Shown here in pieces: positions 31,108-39,876 of a stretch of DNA of 64,000 nt. Numbering within the stretch: the stretch's first letter is position 1; every line of letters starts with the position of its first letter. Source of the DNA: Flavobacteriales bacterium (GTDB lineage Bacteria; Bacteroidota; Bacteroidia; NS11-12g; UBA955); NCBI GenBank assembly GCA_947447955.1, contig CANFLS010000012.1, positions 2,946 through 66,945 of the forward strand, written 5' to 3'. The translations under genes were made by a program, and so were the position numbers. The notes under the pieces were generated by a model. It was given only the letters and a program-made list of their open reading frames with translations. It made no database searches and was not told the DNA's origin.

Positions 31108-31127
31108 AATTAGAGTGTAAAGATAAA
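31085..31127. repeat. direct-repeat copy of alaS 5' end and promoter (28351-28393)
   Basis: 41/43 identical by manual alignment. Confidence 0.9.
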
Positions 31128-31133
31128 TTAAAA

Positions 31134-31308
31134 GTTAATTAGAAAGTTTGTAAGAGTTTATAGAAGTTTATGAGCGTTTATAAAGGTTGGCTGGGCAAAA
31201 AAAATAAACAGCGAAGCGTCAACTACCGGAGGTGTAAACCGCCAAAGGCGTCAACGAGCGAAGCTCTTCTATACGCACGAAATGCCCAAAACCGGCGAAG
31301 CCCTAAAC
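31134..31308 (+). repeat. composite repeat element 3: GTTTAT 10-mer arm plus mini-hairpin arm
   Basis: 31134-31255 is about 92% identical to 36154-36274. Confidence 0.9.
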
Positions 31309-31381
31309 ATTTGAAGTTTATTTTATATAAATTAATTGGCTTGATTATCATAAATTCAGACATCTCTGTTTTTTAGCTTAG

Positions 31382-31915
31382 CTATTTTTGAGGGACAATA
31401 GACTGTTTTTTCTCATTTATAAAATTTACAAACTGATTAAATCTTTCATTATCTATATTAAATGCAAAAATTTGCAAGGAAATTAAAATTTTATTATAAT
31501 TTCCTACAGAATAAAAATCCAAACTGCCATTATAATTTAAATTTTCGAAATTTCCGGTTGAATTAACCATAATTAATTCAAATCCATCAAACTTCAATTT
31601 AACTTGTTCAACTCCAAAAACAACATATTTTTCATCAAAAAAATGACCTTTTTCTATTTGAATATCCTCCTTAAATTCTAATTTTAAGAGCTTACAAAAA
31701 CCTGTGTTTACATAATTTTTGTATGGAATTATCAATAATAGAAAACTAAAAATAGCCGAATTAATTATCGCAATTATTTTGAAAAAAATTGCCAAATCAA
31801 AAGGACTAGAAGAGTAAATTATAAATGATATTATTGTCAAAACTATCGAACATGGACAAATTATTAAAACAGCCCATAGACTAACCTGGATTTTATTAAT
31901 CTTAATAAATCGCAT
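31382..31915 (-). CDS. hypothetical membrane protein (candidate orphan immunity protein)
   Basis: 177 aa, two N-terminal TM helices, very AT-rich. Confidence 0.55.
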   Translation of the reverse strand: MRFIKINKIQVSLWAVLIICPCSIVLTIISFIIYSSSPFDLAIFFKIIAIINSAIFSFLLLIIPYKNYVNTGFCKLLKLEFKEDIQIEKGHFFDEKYVVFGVEQVKLKFDGFELIMVNSTGNFENLNYNGSLDFYSVGNYNKILISLQIFAFNIDNERFNQFVNFINEKKQSIVPQK

Positions 31916-32027
31916 AATTTAAATTACAAACATTTCTCATACAGCCTTTCAAATGTTGAAAGTCTAATTTTTATGCATTTTATCATCACCGGAAATGAGA
32001 AATAATTGAACACGAAGCAAATACCCG

Positions 32028-32621
32028 TTAAAGACCTTCAGCGAAAATTTCTTGCTTTAACTGAAAACTGGAGCATTGACGAACTTGAGCATAATTTGAA
32101 TCGACAAATACAATATCTAAAAGAATATTATTGAGATAATATCTCTTCGCAGCAAATAACTCAATGTATTTTTTGAAATCCACGTTGAGTACGTTTAAGT
32201 GAGGTATATCTTCGAAAATTTTACTTTCAATCAAACCTTCATAAATCAACGAATCTTTGGTGTTAAGCTTATTTATGATTGATTCTTTAGTATTTTCCAT
32301 TATCGGACTTAATGTAAAACTCATTAGGATTTTCACTTTGGGTTGTGGCTTTTTGTATACCATTGTATCAAAAACCTTACCATACAAGCTTGAAAATCGC
32401 ACACTTAAATTGAACGATGTAGGTGAAATCAACTTATAGTGCCCTACCGTATTATCTTTAAAATTTAGAGTATCAAAATTACTGAACTTCATTAAAATTG
32501 AATCAATTTCAATAGGATAAGCAATAAATTTAGACACGGGAACTTGGGTTTTAGAAATTTGTGCCGTCGCAGTAAATGACAAAAGTCCAATCAATAAAGT
32601 TAAAACAATTATCTTTTTCAT
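32028..32621 (-). CDS. hypothetical exported protein (candidate orphan immunity protein)
   Basis: MKKIIVLTLLIGLLSFTATAQ signal peptide; ATGA overlap with a 31-aa upstream ORF (32618-32713). Confidence 0.6.
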   Translation of the reverse strand: MKKIIVLTLLIGLLSFTATAQISKTQVPVSKFIAYPIEIDSILMKFSNFDTLNFKDNTVGHYKLISPTSFNLSVRFSSLYGKVFDTMVYKKPQPKVKILMSFTLSPIMENTKESIINKLNTKDSLIYEGLIESKIFEDIPHLNVLNVDFKKYIELFAAKRYYLNNILLDIVFVDSNYAQVRQCSSFQLKQEIFAEGL

Positions 32622-32738
32622 TTTTTTAATGTACAATGTTGTAAGTGGAAATAATCAGAATTATGTGACTCGACCCAAACAGAGGAGGTATTGATATTGT
32701 TATTATTGTTCATTTTCAAAAGTACAAATTCCGTCACT

Positions 32739-33347
32739 TTACTCAGGCAAATTCTTAATGGTTTCCTTTAACCCTTCGAAAAAATCAACATCAACGCCCT
32801 TCTTTTCCTGCAATAACTCGATTTCTTTTATGACTATTTCGACATTGATATACCTTGCTTTTGTAAAAAACAAATCGGCATTCGCTTCTTTATCAGAAGG
32901 ATGTTCTAAAATATAAGACTCTATTTCCGTCACAACTTCATTAAAACAACTATCCCTTCTATGCGTGTTACCTTCAACTTCAAAAGCCAGTGCTTTGAAA
33001 GTTTTTAAATACAAGTTCTTTTTATACGACTTAGAAAAGTCGTTGATGCTTAATAAATTAACCACCCCATATGCTTTTTTATAATCATGCAATAACATAA
33101 ATGCTGTTAATTTTAATTCGGTAAGTTTGATTTTATATTCTGAACAAATTGACGAATTTTCGTCAGTGAATTTTATTAACTGATTCAAACAACTATCATT
33201 TTTTGTTACATAATATTCATTTATTTTATTATTAGCCTGATTATAAAGAGTTTTACAATCATTGATACTAATCATTTTAGGCTGACCATTGCAAGTAAAA
33301 TTCAATAACACTAAAACGAAAAAACTTAATCTTTGTATAACTTTCAT
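32739..33347 (-). CDS. hypothetical helical lipoprotein (candidate RHS immunity protein)
   Basis: Lipobox-like NFTC; immediately downstream of an RHS-core remnant. Confidence 0.6.
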   Translation of the reverse strand: MKVIQRLSFFVLVLLNFTCNGQPKMISINDCKTLYNQANNKINEYYVTKNDSCLNQLIKFTDENSSICSEYKIKLTELKLTAFMLLHDYKKAYGVVNLLSINDFSKSYKKNLYLKTFKALAFEVEGNTHRRDSCFNEVVTEIESYILEHPSDKEANADLFFTKARYINVEIVIKEIELLQEKKGVDVDFFEGLKETIKNLPE

Positions 33348-33355
33348 TGTTTCAC

Positions 33356-33600
33356 CTATTGTAAATGTCCAACTTTGTTTAAATATGGATTATTTCTCAC
33401 TGCATTGTATGGTGTTAAGCTCTTTCTTTCGTCTGTTTTCGGATCCACATTCCACCTTCTTCCTAATCTACCATCATACTCCCAAAATGTGGCGGTATAT
33501 GTTTCGTTGTTGTATACTTCTTTGTCTTTTTCTTGCGTGTTAAATCCAAACCTAAACCCGCTTCCAGCGCTGAAACTTCGGTTTTTTATGAACTACCAAA
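33356..33600 (-). pseudogene. RHS repeat-associated core fragment
   Basis: Manual translation: FRFGFNTQEKDKEVYNNETYTATFWEYDGRLGRRWNVDP...TPYNAVRNNP. No start codon; upstream FGS motif is frameshifted. Confidence 0.85.
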
Positions 33601-33672
33601 AGTAGATGGGTTGTGGAGGTAGTTTAAGGGATAGTTGAACACGATTAGCGCTTTTTACTTTGTAATTTGAGA

Positions 33673-34374
33673 TCAATAAATTATATGCTTAAACTTGCCT
33701 TTGTATAACTCCAAGTATTTGGGCTTAAAACAATAGTGAACTTTACATTTATTCTTGCGCTTTTTATTTTTAAAGTATAATTCAAATTTATAAATGTAGG
33801 TGTAAATTTCATTAGTTTTCTTTGTGAAATTATTATATTGAGTACCGGATTCTTTGAAATTTAAATCACTTGCATCGCAAGGAAAGGTTTTAGAGTTGTA
33901 ATAATAACCAATTCGAATTGACATTGATTTAGAAGATAAGTATAAAGCTTTAGTTTTGAATAAAAAATAGTTTTTAATAAAATTAAAATCCCCAATTACT
34001 AAAGAATCAATATGATCCATCTTATTTGCATAATAAATTTTATCATATTCATTCTTATTCGCAGTTACTTCTTTGATTGTCAATGTATCCGTTTCGGGGC
34101 AGTATCTTACTTCAATTTTAGTTTGATTTTCGGCTGTTTCTAAAACAATTTTATCATTGTAATATTTAATAATATTTGAGTATTCTGCTGCACTTTGAAT
34201 GGATAACTTTTTCTTTTTTTCAGCCGGATCTTCATATCTAATGATTAAACAACTATCGGTTTTTTCCATAAACAAACGTTGAGGGGTCATAGTATCGTAG
34301 GGTTTTACAAAAACTTGACCTACAGATAAATTCAATTTGATGCTGAGAAATATGAATAATGTTATTTTTTTCAT
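33673..34374 (-). CDS. hypothetical exported protein (candidate orphan immunity protein)
   Basis: MKKITLFIFL signal-like N-terminus; TAATG-coupled to the upstream ORF. Confidence 0.6.
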   Translation of the reverse strand: MKKITLFIFLSIKLNLSVGQVFVKPYDTMTPQRLFMEKTDSCLIIRYEDPAEKKKKLSIQSAAEYSNIIKYYNDKIVLETAENQTKIEVRYCPETDTLTIKEVTANKNEYDKIYYANKMDHIDSLVIGDFNFIKNYFLFKTKALYLSSKSMSIRIGYYYNSKTFPCDASDLNFKESGTQYNNFTKKTNEIYTYIYKFELYFKNKKRKNKCKVHYCFKPKYLELYKGKFKHIIY

Positions 34375-34580
34375 TATCTTTTTCTTGCAAATGCACGTAT
34401 TGATTGAGTTGTATATTCAATTGCTCTATAATTCAAACAACCACAGGTGCCTTGCTTCCAAAGCTTCGAAACCAATTGCATACTATCATCTTCGGCTTTG
34501 ATGTTCAATTTTGAATTACCGAAATATTCTATGTTATTAATCATTTTAATTACACTCAATGATTGTTTTGTATTTTTCAC
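34374..34580 (-). pseudogene. short ORF or gene fragment coupled to the downstream gene
   Basis: 68 aa, GTG start, stop overlaps the next ATG. No family recognised. Confidence 0.35.
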
Positions 34581-34713
34581 TACTTACACAATCGTTATAC
34601 ACAGCTTCGCCACTTCAGTTACATTAAAAATATCGCTGATTCGGCGGTCGTAAATCAAAGTTATTATTTTATTTAGAATTCACAAACTAATTTTAATAGC
34701 CGTAAATATTTTG

Positions 34714-34941
34714 AGTTTAGATGCGTAAACACCTAAAGGTTGATTAGACAGATTAGACGGATTAGACGGATTAGACGGATTAGACGGATTAGACGGATTA
34801 GACGGATTAGACGGATTGGGTTTAGAGAAACTAAAGGTAGTTTAGATGTTGTTTTCTAATTCCAATAGAAAATCTAAACGCATGGCAATGCTTCTAAACC
34901 CTAAACGAGCGAAGCTCTTCTCAACGCACGAAGTGCCTCAT
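34714..34941 (+). repeat. composite repeat element 4: 8 x TTAGACRGA, GTTTAG arm, central hairpin, CTAAAC mini-hairpin arm
   Basis: 9-mers at 34744-34815; ttttcta-attccaa-tagaaaa; gagcGAAgctc and gcacGAAgtgc. Confidence 0.9.
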
Positions 34942-34980
34942 CGATTTGTATTTTTATCATTTGATATCTTTTCTATAGGC

Positions 34981-35056
34981 AATGAGCCGATTAAATTTAA
35001 AAATCGGCTCATTTTTTGCGTATATTTGAGCCGATTAAACCCACAAATCGGCTCAA
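34981..35056 (+). promoter_or_regulatory. paired inverted-repeat operators flanking the Fic promoter box
   Basis: TGAGCCGATT-N9-AATCGGCTCA twice, 44 bp apart; TATATTTG at 35021-35028. Confidence 0.75.
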
Positions 35057-36162
35057 TGAAATACAATTGGCAACAAATTGACTGGCCCAACTTCAGCTTT
35101 AACACAGCGAAAATAGATCACTTATTACTTGATTTTATTCGCAATTCTGGCAAACTAGAGGGCGCTTTAGAAACACTAACTGAAAATAATCAATCAGAAA
35201 CTATCATTGAACTATTGGTAATTGAAGCAATTAAAACATCCGAAATTGAAGGTGAATATTTAAGTAGAAAAGATGTGGCTTCTTCCATCCGGAAAAATTT
35301 GGGCTTACTTAAAACCACTGAGAATATAAAAGATCAAAAAGCCCGAGGTATTGCTGAATTGTTGATAATGGTCCGGAATAGTTATTACAAACCATTGGCA
35401 AAAAAAGAATTACTCAATTGGCATAAATCGTTAATGAGTCATGACCCGACAATTCAGTCAGGTGAATGGCGCGAACATGAAGAACCGATGCAAATTATTT
35501 CAGGCGCATTAGGAAAAGAAAAAATTCATTTTGAAGCGCCACCGTCAAAAAATGTCCCTCAAGAAATGGAACAATTCTTTCAATGGTTTAATGGTACAGC
35601 GCCGAATCAACCCAATGAAATCATACATGCACCAATTCGGGCTGCAATTGCACATCTTTATTTTGAAAGTATTCATCCGTTTGAAGATGGAAATGGACGT
35701 ATTGGTAGAGCACTTGCAGAAAAAGCTTTGGCACAAACTTTAGGATATAATCCACTAATTAGTTTATCGTCAACAATAGAACTAAATAAAAAGGAATACT
35801 ATTATTATTTGGAAAGAGGTCAACGAAAAAACGAAATTACGGAATGGATAGAATATTTCGTAAACACAATATTGCATGCTCAAGAATTTACACAAAAACT
35901 CATTCATTTCACCATTCAAAAAACACAAATCTTCGATACTTTTTCAACACAACTCAACGAGGCGCAATTGAAGGTGGTAAAGCGTATTTTAGAGCAAGGT
36001 CATGAGGGATTTATTGGTGGTATGAATGCGGAAAAGTATATGCGCATATCAAAGGTTTCAAAAGCAACAGCTACCAGACATTTACACCAACTCGTTGAAA
36101 TTGGTATCTTTCAAATTGAAGGGAAAGGAAGAGCCACGAGGTATCGTATTAATGTTAATTAG
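35056..36162 (+). CDS. Fic family protein (DUF4172 N-terminus, C-terminal HTH)
   Basis: MKYNWQQIDWPNF, TSEIEGE, HPFEDGNGRIGR and SKATATRHL...GRATRY. Start taken at ATG 35056. Confidence 0.92.
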   Translation: MKYNWQQIDWPNFSFNTAKIDHLLLDFIRNSGKLEGALETLTENNQSETIIELLVIEAIKTSEIEGEYLSRKDVASSIRKNLGLLKTTENIKDQKARGIAELLIMVRNSYYKPLAKKELLNWHKSLMSHDPTIQSGEWREHEEPMQIISGALGKEKIHFEAPPSKNVPQEMEQFFQWFNGTAPNQPNEIIHAPIRAAIAHLYFESIHPFEDGNGRIGRALAEKALAQTLGYNPLISLSSTIELNKKEYYYYLERGQRKNEITEWIEYFVNTILHAQEFTQKLIHFTIQKTQIFDTFSTQLNEAQLKVVKRILEQGHEGFIGGMNAEKYMRISKVSKATATRHLHQLVEIGIFQIEGKGRATRYRINVN

Positions 36163-36323
36163 AAGGTTTATAAGCATTTATAAAAGTTTATGTGCGTTTA
36201 TAAAGTTTGGCTGGGTAAAAAAACAAACAGCGAAGCGTCAACTACCGGAGGTGTAAACCGCCAAAGGCGTCAACCGCCAAAGGCGTCAACTACCGCAGGT
36301 GTAAACCCACCGTAGGTGTAAAC
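36154..36323 (+). repeat. composite repeat element 5: GTTTAT arm plus mini-hairpin arm
   Basis: Starts across the Fic TAG stop; units accGGAggt, gccAAAggc, accGCAggt and accGTAggt between GT(A/C)AAC cores. Confidence 0.9.
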
Positions 36324-36346
36324 AAAAAGGACGCCCTAAAGCGTCC
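36320..36346 (-). terminator. pckA intrinsic terminator
   Basis: GGACGC-N6-GCGTCC followed by TTTTTGTTT on the minus strand. Confidence 0.7.
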
Positions 36347-36375
36347 AATTTTGTTATTGTTGTTATTGTTGTTGT

Positions 36376-37965
36376 TTAAGCTGTAGCCATTCTTGGAGCA
36401 GCGGCCTTGATTTCGTCGCTAGATCCATCGGCAAATTTTTGGAAATTGTCGTTGAACAATTTAGCCAATTTCTGACACTGTGCGTCGTATTCAGCACCGT
36501 CAGCCCAAGTATTTCTTGGATGTAACAATTCTGAAGGAACGTTAGGACAAGCATCAGGCATTGCAAATCCGAACACAGGGTGATTGGTGAAAGAGCCATC
36601 CAATTGTCCCTCCAAAGCCGCAGTAATCATGGCACGTGTGTAAGACAATTTCATTCTGCTACCTACACCGTAAGCACCACCTGACCAACCAGTGTTGATC
36701 AACCAAACGTTGATATTTGGGTGTGCAGATAATTTCTCTCCCAACATTTCTGCATATTTCGCAGGATGCAATGGCAAGAAAACTTGTCCAAAGCAAGCAG
36801 AGAAAGTAGCTTGAGGTTCAGTAACTCCCGCTTCAGTACCCGCAACTTTCGCAGTGTAACCAGAAATAAATTGATACATTGCTTGGCCTGGAGTTAACTT
36901 AGAAATTGGAGGCAAAACACCAAAAGCATCTGCCGTTAAGAAGAAAATATTCTTAGGAGCATCGCCAATAGATGGTTCTGCAATATTGTCGATATAGTCA
37001 ATAGGATATGCAACACGGGTATTTTCGGTTACTGAAATATTGTCGTAATCAGGGGTATTTGTTCCCTCAAAGAAACGAACGTTTTCAACCAAAGCACCAG
37101 GCTTAATTGCATTCCAAATTTGAGGTTCTTTTTCTTCAGTTAAGTTTACGCATTTTGCGTAACAACCACCTTCAAAATTGAAAACAGTAGAATCAGACCA
37201 TCCGTGTTCATCGTCACCGATTAATTTACGGTTAGGATCTGCACTCAAAGTAGTTTTACCGGTACCGCTCAATCCGAAGAATACAGCAGTGTCGTTGTCC
37301 TTACCAATATTTGCTGAACAATGCATGCTCAATACACCTTTTTCTTGTGGAAGGATGTAATTCAACACACTAAAGATACCTTTCTTAATTTCACCAGTGT
37401 AACCACTACCACCAATTAAGATGATTTTCTTAGTTAAATCTACAATGGTAAAGTTATGTTGGCGCGTACCGTCAATTGCAGGATCAGCCATAAATGAAGG
37501 AGCCGCAATAATTACCCATTCAGAAGGTTGGGTAGCGATTTCAGTTGCTGTAGGACGTAAAAACAAGTTCTTAGCGAACAAATTTTGGTACGCACTTTCA
37601 GTAACTACTTGAATATTTAAACGATAAGCTGGATCAGCACAAGCATATGCATGACGAACAAAGATTTCTCTTCCTTCTAAATGCGCTACTACCCTGTTTA
37701 ACAACGCATCGAATTTTTCAGATTCAAAGGGCTGATTTACAGTACCCCACCATGCGGTGTCGGCTGTTTTTGCATCTTTTACCAAGAATTTGTCTTTAGG
37801 ACTTCTTCCAGTAAACTCACCCGTATCGGCAGCCAATGCGCCTTTATCTGTGATTTGACCTTCATTTCTCTCGAGAGCTTTCTCGATAAGCTCATCGGTG
37901 GTTAAGTTTTCAAAAACTTGCTTTGCATGCGATTTTATGTTCGCAATCAATGCCTCATTACTCAT
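36376..37965 (-). CDS. pckA: phosphoenolpyruvate carboxykinase (ATP)
   Basis: TGRSPKDK, YTGEIKKG, GLSGTGKTTLS, IGDDEHGW and FEGGCYAK. Start at MSNEA; TAACTTTG box at 37993-38000. Confidence 0.98.
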   Translation of the reverse strand: MSNEALIANIKSHAKQVFENLTTDELIEKALERNEGQITDKGALAADTGEFTGRSPKDKFLVKDAKTADTAWWGTVNQPFESEKFDALLNRVVAHLEGREIFVRHAYACADPAYRLNIQVVTESAYQNLFAKNLFLRPTATEIATQPSEWVIIAAPSFMADPAIDGTRQHNFTIVDLTKKIILIGGSGYTGEIKKGIFSVLNYILPQEKGVLSMHCSANIGKDNDTAVFFGLSGTGKTTLSADPNRKLIGDDEHGWSDSTVFNFEGGCYAKCVNLTEEKEPQIWNAIKPGALVENVRFFEGTNTPDYDNISVTENTRVAYPIDYIDNIAEPSIGDAPKNIFFLTADAFGVLPPISKLTPGQAMYQFISGYTAKVAGTEAGVTEPQATFSACFGQVFLPLHPAKYAEMLGEKLSAHPNINVWLINTGWSGGAYGVGSRMKLSYTRAMITAALEGQLDGSFTNHPVFGFAMPDACPNVPSELLHPRNTWADGAEYDAQCQKLAKLFNDNFQKFADGSSDEIKAAAPRMATA

Positions 37966-38093
37966 ACAGTTTATTTTCGTAAATTTGTACTGCAAAGTTA
38001 CCAAAACGTTAATCGCATTGGTTAATTTTTATCTTTTTTTTAGTAAACGGATTTACGCACATTATATTTACACAATTTAATTACTATCGAGCA

Positions 38094-38846
38094 ATGACAA
38101 ACACAACTAAATATATTATAAGCAAACACTTAACCCAATTTCGCATTTGCGGAAGTGTAAAACTGACACTATTACTTTTGTGCATTATTTTTTTGGGGGA
38201 AAATAACCTTAAGTCCCAAAATTACGCTGTAAAACCCACTTACGACAAGATTTTGTATGGCAGTTTAATTACAATAAGTGCTACAGATTTATGGCTTACA
38301 AACAAGTTAAATGCCACACCCCATCATTGGACGGTAAACCCTTTTGACAAACTTGCAGTGAATCAATTGAACACGAATTTGGCACATACAGCAGATGCCA
38401 CTGCCGGAGCCACCATGTTACTCAGTTCTGCACTCACATTGGCTCTCCCTCAAAATGAACGCTGGGGGTATATCAATAACCTCGCTCAAAACATTTGGAT
38501 AACTGGAAACACAGTACAATTGGTAAAAATACTGGTACAAAGAAGCAGACCATACACCAATGCGACAGGATATCAATTTACCGGCAACAAAGACGACAAT
38601 TATTCATTTTTTAGCGGACATAGCGCCATTACCGCAGCAGCGGCAACCACAGCATTGATGTATGCTTTGAGAAACAACCAAACCAATACTGTAAAATATT
38701 TGGCCTATGGCGCCGGCGTTGCATCATTGGCAACCGCAACCTTACGCATATTGGCTGGAAAACATTATCCGTCAGACGTACTCACCGGGTTATTGATAGG
38801 AACTGGCATTTCAATTTTCAACACTCAATGGCACTCCGTGCGTTGA
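38094..38846 (+). CDS. PAP2 family phosphatase
   Basis: KILVQRSRP, SFFSGH and RILAGKHYPSDV motifs. Confidence 0.85.
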   Translation: MTNTTKYIISKHLTQFRICGSVKLTLLLLCIIFLGENNLKSQNYAVKPTYDKILYGSLITISATDLWLTNKLNATPHHWTVNPFDKLAVNQLNTNLAHTADATAGATMLLSSALTLALPQNERWGYINNLAQNIWITGNTVQLVKILVQRSRPYTNATGYQFTGNKDDNYSFFSGHSAITAAAATTALMYALRNNQTNTVKYLAYGAGVASLATATLRILAGKHYPSDVLTGLLIGTGISIFNTQWHSVR

Positions 38847-39059
38847 CGGCTTCGCCTGTTGACACCTACGGTAGTTTACACCTTCGGTAGTTTAATTTAG
38901 GCACTCAACTCAGATATCTGTCTAATCCGTCTAACCCTCCCGATTGCTATCGGGATAACCTGTCTAATCCCGAAAAGTTTACGCTTCGCTGTTTAATTAA
39001 ACCTAAAATCTATCAACAAAAAATCTGTCTAATCTGTCTAACCCGTCTAATCTGTCTAA
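38830..39059 (-). repeat. composite repeat element 6 (reverse orientation): mini-hairpin array, 9-mers, 18-bp palindrome
   Basis: GTTGAC/GTTTAC cores with TTC/TCC/TAC loops; TCCCGATTGCTATCGGGA at 38938-38955; TCTGTCTAA tandem copies up to the msrA stop. Confidence 0.9.
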
Positions 39060-39715
39060 TCCCTTTTATACTTTTTCATATACTCCTCAAACTTCTTCAC
39101 CTTTTCCCCCACCACATAAATGCAGTACGGTTGCTCAGGATTGTTTTCAAAGTAGTTTTGGTGATAGTCTTCGGCGTCGGAATATTTTTCTACGGGTAGA
39201 ATTTCTGTTACAATTTTACCGTCCCACAGTTTGGCATCTTCTGCAGCTTTTAAGCTGTATAAAGCAAGTTCCTTTTGTTCGTTGTTGCGATAATAAATGC
39301 CACTTCGATATTGGGTTCCTTCGTCGTTGCCTTGTTTATTCAAAGTTGTAGGATTATGAATACGCCAGAAAACGGTTAGAATTTCTGCAAATGAGGTTTT
39401 GGTAGTATCGAACATGATTTTCACCACTTCCACACAACCTGTATAGCCTGAGCAGACTTCGCGGTAGGTAGGATTGGCAATTTTACCATTGCTGTATCCA
39501 CTCACCACATTCAATACTCCTGGCAAACGTCTGTAAACGGCATCTAGACACCAAAAGCAACCACCACCCAACACGCAAGTGTCAACTTTGGTTGGATCAA
39601 TTTCATTTGAATTTTCCATGTTTTTTTTGTTTGTGCTTTCTACCAAAGAGGAATTCTTACTCCCACAAGATAAAAAACCGATTGAAATGATAAATATAAA
39701 TATGTTTTTTAACAT
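39056..39715 (-). CDS. msrA: peptide-methionine (S)-S-oxide reductase with lipoprotein signal
   Basis: GGGCFWC, GTQYRSGIY and AEDYHQNY; lipobox FLSC. Confidence 0.93.
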   Translation of the reverse strand: MLKNIFIFIISIGFLSCGSKNSSLVESTNKKNMENSNEIDPTKVDTCVLGGGCFWCLDAVYRRLPGVLNVVSGYSNGKIANPTYREVCSGYTGCVEVVKIMFDTTKTSFAEILTVFWRIHNPTTLNKQGNDEGTQYRSGIYYRNNEQKELALYSLKAAEDAKLWDGKIVTEILPVEKYSDAEDYHQNYFENNPEQPYCIYVVGEKVKKFEEYMKKYKRD

Positions 39716-39725
39716 CCTTTTGTTG

Positions 39726-39864
39726 GTTTAGAGGCACTTCGTGCGTTTAGGGGAGCTTCGCACGTTTAGGGTTTAGAGTGCCATCAATATTCAGAAGCAA
39801 TTGCTAAACGACCGGCAGGTCTTCTAAACGTCGGAGACATCTAAACGCGTTTACGCTACTAAAC
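39726..39864. repeat. composite repeat element 7: 4 x GTTTAG arm facing 4 x CTAAAC arm, both carrying mini-hairpins
   Basis: gcacTTCgtgc on the left arm; gaccGGCAggtc, gtcGGAgac and gcgTTTAcgc on the right arm. Confidence 0.9.
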
Positions 39865-39876
39865 TCACTTTTCTGT

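Noticed and set aside
28351..31127. Classical prophage or ICE with attL/attR at alaS
   Set aside because: A 43-bp direct repeat is present, but the 2.7-kb interval has no integrase, phage or conjugation genes.
31170..31376. 68-aa plus-strand ORF
   Set aside because: It is a translation of repeat element 3 with no protein-like features.
34846..35055. 70-aa N-terminal extension of Fic in the ORF track
   Set aside because: It runs through repeats, operators and the promoter box; the family-typical start is MKYNWQ at 35056.
36351..36376. (TTG/TTA)n microsatellite after the pckA stop
   Set aside because: Short low-complexity tract with no evidence of function.
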